Positions 27,580 through 39,978 of a stretch of 64,000 nt of DNA are shown here, one piece after another. The position numbers and the translations under genes were made by a program. Source of the DNA: Podarcis vaucheri (Eukaryota). Positions within the stretch are counted from its first letter, which is position 1. Every line of letters begins with the position of its first letter. The notes under the pieces were generated by a model. That model ran no database searches. It had not been told where the DNA came from and saw only the letters and a list, made by a program, of their open reading frames with translations. The stretch lies in NCBI GenBank assembly GCA_965113315.1, contig OZ220365.1, one strand, 5' to 3'.

Positions 27580-28825
27580 GTAAGATTGCTGATGTTTTTC
27601 AGCTTTGTGGAAATAATTGATTTTGGAAATGGATTAAAACCAACTGCTGCACTAGTGGAGCTGCACTTCAGCTAATAATTTTGTGGCTGGGTTTTTTGCA
27701 CAGGATGACCCTGTGCATGTCTTAAGGCACCCATATAAACTGGTGAAAGCTGCTAAAGAGCAGTTTTTCTAGAAGGCAGTTACTCTTCTCTAGATTAGTG
27801 TACCTGGCACCAAAAAGAGAGGGACTGTGTTCATCACCTCTTAGTAGTGGAAAGAGCAGGTAAAGTCCTGCAATCTTGCCCAAGGGCATCTTATTTGGTA
27901 ATAAGCTGCTCTGGAGCAGAGCTAATATATTTGCTTCAGAACTCCCTGCAACTAGCTCCATTCAGTTGTGTGAAAGTGAAATCAATTTGCATATATAATT
28001 CATTTTATGATTTATTCATACTTGTGCTACCTATAGTTACATTATGCAACCACAGCTGCCATCTTCTATGAATAACTCTGTGCAGAAGAAAACATAATTA
28101 AGTGTAACACACGTTTTATACTAGCTTTTATCATTTGTGTGCTTGAAGCACAATACTAGGAAATTTATTTTATAATGTGAGGTGAATCAATGTGAGATAT
28201 GGACATTTAAACTTTATTTTCATTTCCATATTGACAGGTTATAAACATGCATTAATTTGAGCTTTTTCTGGCACACACAGCGTGGAATCACTTTACTAAG
28301 AATACTTTGAGATTTGATTCAATCTTTTTTTTTTAGGTTGTAATCCACTGAATTATCTGTGGAATATTTGTATTTTGACGGTTACACTTTTAAATTTAGC
28401 ACTTTCAAAGGAAAACCTGTAGTTGGAAACATTGTCCTCATGCTGATGTCTCTCCCCTGCCCACCTTCTGTAGAAGCTTTGAATGTCTGTCTGCTTTCAT
28501 CTATTGTGACTGCACTACTACAGTTCCAAACTACAGAATTCTTCACAGCCTTACAAGGTGGCAAAAATAAAAATAAAAATCTTTTTGAGCTGATATAATC
28601 CAGGTATTTGGATTATATCTTGTTGTATTTGAATACAGTTGGGACTAATGAATGTTTGTGGCATCCATATTGTAATGGTAGTGCTGTCCCTACTTCTGAA
28701 TAAATGTTCTCACTAACAAGTTTCTTCCCTCCTCCCTCTTTTGTGCATTCCTTCTGCCCCTCAAATGTGCATTTATATCATGGTCTCTCATCTGCATCTG
28801 GGACTGGACTCTCCCCCTCCTCCAG

Positions 28826-29467
28826 TCAACATACACACATCAGCTTTCACTTCCCAATCATTCTTATTCATTTTGTTCCCAAAACCTACCTGCTATCCCT
28901 GAAATGGACGTATTTTCAGACATTTCAGAGGATGATCATTTTGGTAAACCCATGTATACACCCTCAGATACCATAGTCTGCAGCCCTGTGAAAGAAGCAC
29001 CAGTTCATGGTATAAATGAACAGAAGTTCCCAACTAATCACTTGGAACTTATGGATCTTTTGGTGGCTGACCATTGTCTCCCTCTTGCTATAGAGAGAGC
29101 TGCTCATAAAAATACTGATCATGAAGATTCTGTGTCTCATTTTCCAGTTAGGGCAAGCAAACCTTTTCCCTTCAATTTCCCTTCTCTGCTTGATGAGAAT
29201 GGTTACATTAACTTTCCTAGCCTTCCAGAAGTTTGCATCTCGTTCCTCCCACCTTATCTTCAGCATTATGTTCCCATTACTTCTCCCTCATTCATTCCCT
29301 CCTTCTTCCTCATCTTTGTGCTGCTTCTCTGTACCATCCAGTCTATTCCTTTCTCACTCACATTGTCCCTTCCTGTTGCTCTGTCCCTCTGCTACCTGGA
29401 GCCTAAGGCAATTTCTCTGACCACCTCTAATGACACTGCTCTAAAAGACAAAGCTGAGGAAGAGGAG
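28826..29467 (+). CDS. EPB41L2: Candidate alternative EPB41L2 exon (642 nt, 214 aa, phase 0-0) with a 4.1B-like hydrophobic segment
   Basis: Acceptor ctctccccctcctccag in frame with ORF 28904-29488, no stops; donor GAG/gtgtgt. FPSLLDENGYINFPSL...LQHYVPITSPS...LCYLEPKA closely resembles recalled human EPB41L3 U2 (FPSLLDDDGYLSFPNL...LQHYLPIRSPS...LCYLEPKA). An alternative in-frame acceptor ends at 28843. Confidence 0.8.
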
Positions 29468-29716
29468 GTGTGTAACTTTGTTGTCTAAATTGCCACTTGC
29501 CTGTAGATTTGTTTGGGTGTACTAAGAGAGAAATTCAACCTTCATCCTTTCAGCATGAGGCTGCAGACGCCCTATTTTTTTTTTGAAAAAAAGTATTCCT
29601 TCTGCAGATATTTACGCATCTATCTTCATAAAATCTAGTGTTTTTAAAAAGCATTCACAATTTTTTCACTTCACATGGTCCTTTTAAGGATCTTCTCATA
29701 CATCTACTGCTTATAT

Positions 29717-29952
29717 CCCAGTGGTTCTCGAACTTAATCTGTTCCGGGAGTCCATTTGACTCCCGAAACCGTTCAAAAATCAAGGCGCGGCTTCCGATTG
29801 CCTGCAGGAGCTTCCTGCACTCAAGCGGAAGCAGCATCGGATGTTCGGCTTCCGAAAAACGTTCGCAAACCAGAACAGTTATTTCTGGGTTTGTGGCATT
29901 TGGGAGCAGATTTGTTCGGCGACTAAGCCATTCGGGAACCAAGGTTCCAGTG
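29717..29952. mobile_element. Tc1/mariner (Tigger/pogo-like) MITE, left end partly deleted
   Basis: cagtggttctcgaac ... ttcgggaaccaaggttccagtg followed by TA; CpG-rich with repeated gttcg/cgaa motifs. Confidence 0.65.
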
Positions 29953-32900
29953 TACTATCTTTGTGAAGAGCTGTGTACAGTTTCACTGCAGCCATTCTGA
30001 AAAAGGGATACAGCGATCTCACAACAGCCCTGTGTGCATCTCTCATATGAAGGTTCTGTTCCTTGCAAAATGTCTGTCAGAACCCACTGAGTCCACACAT
30101 TTCTGGATATGATCAGAGGCAATCTCAGGCTCCTTTCCCCCCATGGCAAGGAGAAGTATACCCCACCCCCACTGTCCCTTGTGCCCTTGTCAGAGGAGCC
30201 CGTGTGTTTGCTTGGCTGCCCAGAGCAGTGGAGGAATGGCCCAAGGAGCATGCAGATGGGCAGGCAGATTCTAAGCCTCAGCCTACACTGTTGACATGGG
30301 CCAACATTAACCCTTAGGTACACTCCTGGATAGGCACGTTCACATGGGATCTGCCAAAAATATTAGCTCTTAGACACAGTACTTTGCAACACAGCTTAGC
30401 ATTTATTGAGGGGAAAAATGATTTAATTGCCTTCCCATGATCCATATTCTTCTCCTACTTTTTAGTTCTTCTCTAGCACTGACAAGTACTTGAAATTCCT
30501 TGTTCAAGGAACAAGTTCAGCAGCTGTTTATCATTTTGAGAATGAGTCTATGTGAGCCTTGAACTTGTGTGCTTGTCATTTGCTACACCCACAGAGATAT
30601 TGGAAGCATTCATTTCCATTTTTTGGTAGCTACAATTAAGTGGTGGTACATCCAAACCAAGTTAGTAAACTATAGTAGAAAAGAAGCAAATGAACTTCAA
30701 ACCATGGTTTGTTGGCTTATTTCCATGAACTAGTAACCCGGATATATAATATAACTAAACAAAATGTTTTAAGTGGTGCCTTTTCTACTCCAACCTACAT
30801 TCCGATGAAGTAAAATATTCCAAAAGGTCTGGTGTAAAAAAATGTCTTTCCCTGGGTCAGTTTTCCCCCCTCTTTAAATGAGATTTTTATTTTTTTCTAA
30901 TGCATTAACATAAGCTGGAACAAAAAAAAGCATTTTTTGCCCCAATGATTATTTTTCAAAAATGAAACTTTGGGGGTACTTTTATCTGCATCACCGGATC
31001 AGATTTTAATGGGGGGGGGGGTAGGAAAGTGCCCCAATATTTTAAGATTTGTGGGTGAAAAAAGTACTCCATAGCTCAATCAATAAACTCTTTGTGGTAC
31101 CTTTTCAGTGCATGCATGTACCAAAATAAACCTGTAAATGATATAGGTGGAAAAAAATTAAATGATTGAAATTTGGGGCCATTGCTTACTAGTGTGTTCA
31201 GTTCTGCATAAAATCTGCAATAGAAAAGTGCATCAGGCATGCAATTTCGGCTCCAAGGTCCGAGTTAGGGTTAATAATAGTTTGGGTTTGGGCATAATGA
31301 TAAATTGTGGTTAATTGAGAGAATAGGAGGCCAATTATATACGTTCAATAAAATCATTGTTTCTCATCACATCTGAACTTGACCATGTGTCAGTTCTGAA
31401 ATTCAGTTTAGCTTTTTGGGTAGTAGGTAGAGAGGGTGGAGAGAGAAGTTTTTTTTTGTTTTAGTTTTTAAAGAGGGTGCTGAATTTTGACCAGTACAAT
31501 TTTAACATTGTCAGGTACAAAATTATCTTAATCTACCTTAGTTTAGCATACTCCTGCTTGGCTAAAATTGTCAGGATTACATTGAATGCAATTTATATAT
31601 GCATGGATTTTTAAAAAGCTATACTTTGATGTTAATGTTGATAAGTTAAACCTCCTGACTATGTCCATATGCTTTGACTGGGTAACACTGTCTGCATTCC
31701 ATAGGGCAAATGCAATTGCAGTATTTAAAAAAAGCATACTATGAAGATTTAAAGCAGAAAATTATAGCAGGGAAATCCTTGCGGTGAGCTAGCTGCCTGT
31801 GGTTGATAATACCAGAATTATAAATATATATTAGACAGAAATGATTGTACAGTTTCTGAAGAAAGTCAGGCAGCAAGATGGGAAACATTTATAGAAACCC
31901 CAAAATAGCGTGCATAACTGCACTGAGAACCTGGAGACCTGTTGCCAACCAGACACAGACAGGACTGTGCCAATTAAACCAGTGGTCCAACTCTACATAG
32001 GACAGCTGTAGACAGCTGTGTTCAGTGCGATACTTGTATCCCTAATTTCAGTGGAATCAAATATGCCAATTTGTATATTATGGTAACTATTTTCTTATTT
32101 AATCAGTTAAACACTTTTGATACTGCATTGCAGCAAGAATTCCAAAAACCTCAGATAAAGGTGGGACTGGGATAAATATATCCTGATAATGTGTTTGGTA
32201 CAGACTATACTTTCCTCTTTACATAGTTGCTAGTAAGAGATGTGTGTGATAAAAGTAAAATAGTTATTAAAACAATGACCTTAAACTAATAGAGGTTGTT
32301 TTAATACCTGGCAATTCATATATTGATTCATTTTTATTTTGTGGGGACATAATTACGTTGATTAAAATTGTATTCCAGATGCCTCTGGCAAGTCACTCTT
32401 GGTTAGCTAACCTATAACACCAAGCCATAATTTGATATTACATGAACAAAGCTTCTGCTCATGTACTGCATTTCCTCTTCTCATCTCATGTTTCACTTTG
32501 GTTTGTTACTTCCTATTTAGTGCAAACCATAATTTTCTGTTGCATCCAGAGCACTGAACTGTGGTTTGTGCTTTCCCTCCAGACAAAAACTGGCATTCAG
32601 CTACAAACTGTGATTTATAATCCTGGTGGTTTGTAAGTAACAGTAAACTTTAGTTTGAACTAAAGAGCAAGTTATTAAACTGGAGTGTGTGGGGAGGAGA
32701 AGGGAGTGCACAAGCATTTGGCTCATTCACAGAGCCCAAAACGATGGTTTAATGTTATACCTGAAGTCTGCAATATATATTTTTATGTGATATCCCCAAA
32801 AAGCATAAAACAAACCATTCAAATAAAGCTCTTGGTATCTTTCAGCATTTAACAATACAAATGTAATTTCCCCTGTATAGTTTTTAACAGTAAACATACT

Positions 32901-33273
32901 ACAGATATATTCTGTGTTGGTATTGCAATCACTCTTCTTCAGTGTTCAGAATTCAAGCTGATCTCTTCACCTTCAGATTTTAAAAAATTATTTCAAACTG
33001 TGGAGAAAAATAAGCGAACACGATGGTTGTAGAGAGACAGACAAATCTTCCATTTTCCATTTCACCTATACCAAAAATTACTTCAGCCATTTCTACAGTG
33101 TTGTAGGTGGAAGACTGCAGTGGTTTAATAACTTGAGCAGCATCCGAGGCAAAAACAATAAAGGTTTGTAAATAGAGCACATTGTTTGTAGTATTTCTAA
33201 ACAAAAGACCATGTGCTACTTCAGTGTCTACACTAATGAGTGTTTTCTTTTGCTGACCTCTGGGCCTACATAG

Positions 33274-33306
33274 GCAGAGATAGAAGAGGAGGAAATTCGC
33301 AAGGAG
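33274..33306 (+). CDS. EPB41L2: Candidate 33-nt microexon (AEIEEEEIRKE), phase 0-0
   Basis: Branch-like gctgac, acceptor catag, donor GAG/gtggat; purine-rich; frame-preserving. Confidence 0.55.
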
Positions 33307-33506
33307 GTGGATATTTTCAATTACACCTGGTTGTTGCCTGCTATTATCAGTGCTTGAGGCTGCTGTCGATTATGTTTGCATAGTGGCTATCCCTGTTTTA
33401 TTTTAAAAGCCCCATTTATTGAACCTTAAAACACTTTTTTGTTGTGTTGATGATCATGGGTTGTTGTTTTTCCGTGTCTTCTTTTGTGTGTGCTTTAATT
33501 TTACAG

Positions 33507-33569
33507 ACCTTTTCCTTGAGAATAGATGGGGAAAATATTTATGTCAGACATAGCAATTTAATGTTGGAG
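33507..33569 (+). CDS. EPB41L2: EPB41L2 SAB cassette exon (TFSLRIDGENIYVRHSNLMLE), 63 nt; equivalent of 4.1R exon 16
   Basis: ttttacag acceptor, GAG/gtttgt donor, NIYVRHSNLMLE motif. Confidence 0.93.
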
Positions 33570-33617
33570 GTTTGTATAATCTAAGGAGTACTTTTCTGTC
33601 CTCATGGGCTGCCAGGC

Positions 33618-33699
33618 TGCATGAGATTGGAGGTCACTTGCAGGCTGTTCTAGGCACAGTGCATGAAATGCATGGGGGTGTTCGACTTGGACATGCATG
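33618..33699 (+). promoter_or_regulatory. Intronic splicing enhancer: four RBFOX motifs TGCATG
   Basis: TGCATG at 33618, 33660, 33669 and 33694, 49-130 nt downstream of the 63-nt SAB exon. Confidence 0.75.
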
Positions 33700-34965
33700 T
33701 TGAAAACCAATCTTAGTCATTGTAAATGAATGAATTTAAGTATGCAGCTGTTAATACATTTTGGAATGGCAAGTAGAACTTATAGCCCTGTTTAGATGTT
33801 AATATTTGGAGGAAATCTTTTTTTAAAGACTTGCCAAAATGGTTGAGGATGCACCATCTAGAATTCAACTCATGTTTCCTTTTACATTTCCTATGCATAA
33901 CTGGAAATGTGAGGCAATGAATGCTAGTAAAAAATGATGCAGTAAAATTAGAACCAGGAAGTTCTTTGTTCTCTTCCTGGAATCCTAGAGAGCTGAATCT
34001 AATTCTATAGTAAAATAATACTTACACCATGAAGTAATTCGTGCTTTATTTGTTGTGATATCAGGAGGCACTATATTGCCTTTGGAATGAAATTATGAAT
34101 GGTAGATTCTTTTGGCAGCCATATTGAGTAAATATTGTTTACCTATTACATCCAAATAGTGCATTCAAAATAACAAAACTCTGGATCCAGAAGAGCAAGC
34201 TTTGTCATCCAAATTGGGCTATTTGCACTGTTAGATTTAGATGATGTCAGTTATTTGTATACATGCAAAAACATTACATTAAAATCTTCAGATTTACAGT
34301 AACCTTACTAATATGTTATGTTGCTTTTTGGCAGCTTCCGATAACTAAATACATACTTTGTATAATTTTACTAAAACACTGTAAAGTGTACTGCATAACG
34401 TTGCATTGAACAAATCCAAGAAATGTGCCTGGTCTCAACCCAACATTCTTTTTGAAAATACTCTATTGACTCAAACTGTGATAAATCTCTACCAATTGGT
34501 TGTTTTTTTGTTACTTAGATTGTTACTAAAGGTACTAGTTGTACCCCTTGGAAGTTTTTACTGCTTTTACACTTTTAAAGCTCATAGTGCCATACACATG
34601 GAAGTTTGGGGGGCAATATTTTGGCTAATTAAATGCCAACACAAAAAACCTCCAGTTGTCCTCCTCCCCCAACAGACTATGGAAAAATGTCCTTCCTCCA
34701 TGCTGTCCTTGTCACTTATCTCTCTCCCCCCGCCAGTGTTTCTTCTATCCCAGAGCCTGCTTCCCAACCCAATATTCCAGGCACTCTTTTTGTTCCTTCC
34801 CTCTTCTTGATATGCATGCTATCTTATTGCCCCTCTAGTACAAGGTTATATCTGAAAGTCAGCTTTCAGCATGATTGAATTATGTCATTCGGCATAATGG
34901 CATATTATTTTATGGTGCCTTCAGATGTGGTTTGAAAATTAGTTGCAGCATGGATTCTAGCCCCA

Positions 34966-34966
<1 letters not shown>

Positions 34967-35033
<67 letters not shown>
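34967..35033 (+). repeat. Compound (CA)n(GA)n microsatellite
   Basis: Direct reading. Confidence 0.95.
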
Positions 35034-35036
<3 letters not shown>

Positions 35037-35802
35037 CATGCCCATGTCTTAAGAATGACATACTGCTTCAAAGGAACTTCATAGAATTGTAGCTGGAGAA
35101 TTGGGAAGTGCAAGCTTTCACTATGTTTGTTTAAATAAATGATAAAGCAAGATGCCTAAATTATTTCTGGTCACGCAGCATTTCCTGTGTGTTGTACTGC
35201 TTTCCCCTACAGAATGGGTAATCTCATGCTTGCTGTACTTTGCAACACAGAAACAGTTGAAGCCACAATTCTTTACCTACCATCTTCTCACGTGAGAGTC
35301 ACTGGTGTCCATGGTGGTGGGGAGGGGGCAAACTATGCTCTCAAAGCTAAATGTACATTAATAGAATGCTTGATCCCCATCCTCTCACAGTAAATAGTGC
35401 CATGTACTTTTGTGGGCAAAAGATGGTGTGTTTATCCTGGATATTATTGGGGTGAAGGCAAACCCCGCTTTTCATCTGGAGACTGGGTGGCCTGGTCTTC
35501 ACTTTTAGGGAGTGCGTCATCATTATGGGTATTTTGCCCTTATAGTGACAAAAATAAACATTTGCTCTGTGACTAAGTGTTCTACATCTCAGAAACTGCC
35601 TTGTAGTTCAATTTGATAATACTGTAAAGATTAAGAAAAGAAAAAGCACATAATGTCATAGTAAAAAAAAGAGAACACTTTAAATAAGTAAATTACTGAA
35701 TCTTGATATCCCAGGCACTTTTCATGGTGTGTGTTTTTTTTTTTTAAATGGTTTATGTTTGTCACATGTTGTCCTACCTTTTTTACATTACACGTTGCTT
35801 AG

Positions 35803-35949
35803 GACCTGGATAAGACCCAGGATGAATTACTGAAGCATCAGGCTAGCATTAGTGAACTCAAGCGCAATTTTATGGAATCCACTCCTGAGCCACGCCCTAA
35901 TGAATGGGAAAAGCGGCGTATCACACCTCTGTCTCTACAGACACAAGGG
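35803..35949 (+). CDS. EPB41L2: EPB41L2 SAB core exon (DLDKTQDELLKHQASISELKRNFMES...SLQTQG), 147 nt
   Basis: ttgcttag acceptor, GGG/gtatgt donor, HQASISELKR motif. Confidence 0.97.
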
Positions 35950-38340
35950 GTATGTCACTGAAGACCCTTGTCAGCATGCATAGCCACAAAATTAAGAAAA
36001 TAGTTAAACTATACATTGTGTTTCAGTATTAACAAGGAAGATATGGGGTGTTTCTTTGTTGCTAATGTGATATTTGTTTGCTGCTAACACATTAACATTG
36101 TGTGCATCTGTTGCTTTCTGTTTGCAAAAATTTCAAAGTAACTACATTACTTTTTAGGTTGAGAAAGCAAGAATGAAGTAGTTATTAATAATATAATTTG
36201 AGAGTTTGAGATAAAGAGTGTGGAATGTCAGTTTACAGTGCAGCTCCAAGTATATTCACTCCAAGTCCCTAAGTCATTTCATTGCCTCACCATTTACAGT
36301 AATTTGGAGGCAGAAGTACTTCAACAGGAGGAAAAGGGGTAAGGGAAACACAATTCACAACCCTCCCTTCAAAACAGGTACTACAGAAAAAGTTATTCTT
36401 GAATGCACTCCAATTTAGTGGTGTTATGTCTAATGTATTTTGAGTGAAGCACTGTCAAGCAACTAAAAAGGAGATTCAGAAAATTCAACTTGGCCATTAT
36501 CATAAAATGTATACTGCTAAAATGACATTCAAATGTATTTACATAGTACTGAGAATGCTAATAGGATTTAAATTCCAGTATCAGTAAGCTCCAGTCTTCT
36601 ATTTCTATTTACAGTTTTCAGTGTGTGTGTTCTTTAAAAAAGAAAAACAAATGCCATAGATGTGCATACATTGGTATGGCATGCTTTCAGGAATGAAATG
36701 CACTTTTTGTTCAGCACTTTCGAAGTTTACCTCTTAGGTTGCTTTGTGAACCATTTCCATACAAACAACACAGATTAATTATGGAAATCCAGAATGAGCC
36801 AGTAGGCCAGGTATTTACTTCAGAACATTTATTTGTGGTTTTTATCTGTATTGAGGCAGATTCTGAAATCACTGTCTCCAGAGTAACTCATTGACATGAC
36901 TAGACTCCATCATAAAATGCTTTTGCCTTAAAAACAAAACAACTTTGGGCTTTTCAGTATTTAATGACCCAACCATATGTGTGGTTTTTAATCTCTGTTT
37001 AGCACAAATAATACCCAGTACATAGACATGGGTCCACTGAAGAGCTGAACCTGTAGCATTTCCCATCCTGTGTACTTGGGGAGAGATCATTCAGAGAGTA
37101 CTCCATGCATGATAGTGTATTCCAGATGTCTGTGCAGAAAACATTGTTGATTATGCCAGTGACACAGGAATTCTCTGCCTGTTTTTATGCCAGTTGTCCT
37201 AGCAGAAAAAGCACTGCGTGGATGTATTTGTTTCTTTTAGCATTCTATCATTTAGCATTTAGTTTCTTTTAGCATTCTGTCATGTTCGCTGTTTACTGTG
37301 GCTGTTATCTCTTCTGCAGTTTCTTAAATTTGTATTCTGCCTTTTCATCAAACGTGCTCAACATAGCCAACATCAGTAAAATATAAAGTAAAATACAAAA
37401 TGGATTAGCTAGCGAATGTGCCACACTCAAGCTATTTGAAAATGAAGACTCAACTATATTTCTCTGAATGTATATTGACATCAATTAAAACTGTTCTGCA
37501 GATCAGTAATGTCAAAGAATGGGATCCTCCCAAATAGAGCCTTCTCTTGTTCCAAAGGGTATTTAGCTGTTGATAAGGCTGTATTCTTTTTAGTGTATTA
37601 AGAAATGAGGCTTTAAATGATGCTGCCTGATACGCATATAGAGTATTATAAGCTCAGGTGCCAGTTCAAGGTGTATCTGCCATATACCCTACGCAGTGGC
37701 AGATTTGTGCTTTTTGAATAGAGCTTGATTTTTCTCCAAATTCAGCCTCAAAGAGGGATGTGCTTCCTTTGGCGTTACCTTCAGTTTAGTTTTCATACCA
37801 CTGTTCCCTAGCACAGCATAGGGAGCCAATTTCATATTTGTTAATGTGTTGCATGTCTTTGTCCAAAGACATCTTGTCAATAATAACGAGTTAATAGAAT
37901 AAGAAATACGCCACAGTTTTAAGTTTCCAATAGTTGGTACTGTATAAGCAAAATACTTGCCAAGCTGAGCAAGAAATTGATAATCCACTTCAAATTAGTG
38001 AGAATAACTGTAGTGTCATTATAGTTGCAGTGCCCTTGCCAATTTATATAATACCTGTGTTCTAGAGAGCTTAAATTTTATCAGTGAAATTAGTCATTTC
38101 TTGAAAGGTTGTCTTAGTTCCCTTCAGATTCAGGACTATGCTACAGGTTTAAGTATGCATCACTGTCTTGCTTTTTCCCTTCTTTTCCCCATCAATTTTT
38201 TTGTACTCATTCTGAACATGTTAGAGCTAGCAGCCTATTTAAGAATAGTGCTATGTTTTGACATAGTAGTAGTACTAATAAATTGTTTCCTTAAGTTCTT
38301 CACTGCTGCAGGGGCAGAGTAGTAGGAGACAAATGAAATA

Positions 38341-38509
38341 CCGTATTTTTTGCACCATAACACTCACTTTTTTCCTCCTAAAAAGTAAGGGGAAATGTCT
38401 GTGCGTGTTATGGAGGGAATGCCTACGGGTGGCATGCCTACAGATTTTCCTCCTCTAAAAACTACGTGCGTGTTATGGTCGGGTGCGTGTTATAGAGCGA
38501 AAAATACGG
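38341..38509. mobile_element. Tc1/mariner-superfamily (Tc2/pogo-like) MITE, 169 bp
   Basis: TA|CCGTATTTTT ... AAAAATACGG|TA: terminal inverted repeats with TA TSD; internal repeats gtgcgtgttat. Confidence 0.85.
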
Positions 38510-39810
38510 TATTTAGGCTGGGGAAATATTGGTCACTAGCCAAGAGACTTGCACTAGTGGAATGGGACTTTCCCATTCTCACCCCTGCAGCCCCCCATGT
38601 GTCCTCAGAATCAGCTCTGGAGGGCTGAGGGACCCTATAGAGAAGATTTTTGTGAGCATGCGAGGGAAGGAAATAGAGGTGCCATGGCACCAGCAGAACT
38701 TCACTAGCACTGCTTTAAATACAAGCCATTATCAGCAACTATTGTGAATATTACTCAGTGGACGGTGCTGGATTTTAACAGCCAGAAAAGAAAATCATGG
38801 TGCCTTGTGGGATCAACTGTTACTGACTTTTGAACTGTATGAAACTCTTCATGTACATAGATTGGAGTAGGTGGGAGTTTTCTACAAAAGTAGCTTTATA
38901 GGCAACAATTGATACTGAAAAGTGGAGGGCACTTCTCTTTTCAACATTCCTGTGCTCCAAATTGCACTCCAGCATAAATTTATATTATAAAATGAGTGTT
39001 TGCCTTCACAGCCATGTGCTTTGACAATCAACAATTCCTCCAAGTAAGCTCACAAAATCATTTAGCCCACATTTGGGTTATAATTTGGGTTTATTGCACA
39101 CGTTTTATAGTTCAGCCTTAAATGTGCTATCTTGCCTAACCTTCCTTTCATAATTAATGTCCTAGGGAAAATGGAATATTAATTAAGAAAAAAATGGATT
39201 GTACAAAAGCCTGAAAATAAAAGTTTGAAATATAAGCTAGTTTTAATGGCCATGATACATAATAGGTTTGCACTTGAGGGTTCATGTAGGCTTCAACTTA
39301 ATAATGGACGTTTCAGAAAGGAGCAAGATTGTGAGAACAGAGTTGCACAATTTTCTTGATGAATGGCTTAGATCCAGAGATGTCTTGCGTGAGCCAGAAA
39401 GCCCTTCCAATTATCCAAGGCAGCTTTGCTGAAATCCTCGAATTTCTTATCCTACTCTAGTCACCCCACCTGCTTCATCACACACATTTTGAGAGGGTCT
39501 GTTGCCCTACAGGAATGGATTTAGGAAGATGCCATGATCTACAGTATTGGGGGGGGGGGGAGCCAGGGAAACCCCTTGATCATCTTCAAATCCTATCCGT
39601 AATGGGTTAAAAAAAGAATATCATGAAAATAGATGGAGCTGTATCCTTTAGGGAAACACATTTGAATGTACTCTTTCTTGTGTTTGTGTGCTTTCCCCCC
39701 TCTCCTGTCCTTTTTCTTTTCTTGCCTGATGCTTTCCTTTATTTTGTAGGTCACTGCTGTTTTGTCTTCTGCTGTTTAATTCGTTACTTTCCATTTTCTA
39801 ACTTGTCTAG

Positions 39811-39978
39811 AGCCTAGAAGAGGAGATAGCATCAATTTTATTTAGTAAAGAGGGTTTTTCCACTAGCATGAAATCTGCCTTCACTTCAGCTACCTTGTGG
39901 ACAGCAGAGGGCACTGTTGTGAAAGATAATGTACCTTCTGAAAAGCTTTCTGCCTCGCCCTTCTCTCAGCTGCCTGAG
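39811..39978 (+). CDS. EPB41L2: Candidate cassette exon in U3 (SLEEEIASILFSKEGFSTSMKSAF...PFSQLPE), 168 nt, phase 0-0
   Basis: About 150-nt pyrimidine-rich stretch, branch ctaac, acceptor ttgtctag; open frame; donor GAG/gtgctt; two TGCATG at 40155 and 40181. Confidence 0.6.

Noticed and set aside
32583-32632. AG...GTAAGT-bounded 50-nt segment
   Set aside because: Frameshifting length, and it lies in what looks like a degenerate repeat (aaaccat/tggttt motifs also at about 30650-30770).
32977-33163. Open stretch between a good acceptor (cttcag) and AAG/gtttgt
   Set aside because: 187 nt is not a multiple of 3 in a phase-0 region and the peptide resembles nothing I recognise. A poison exon cannot be excluded without RNA data.
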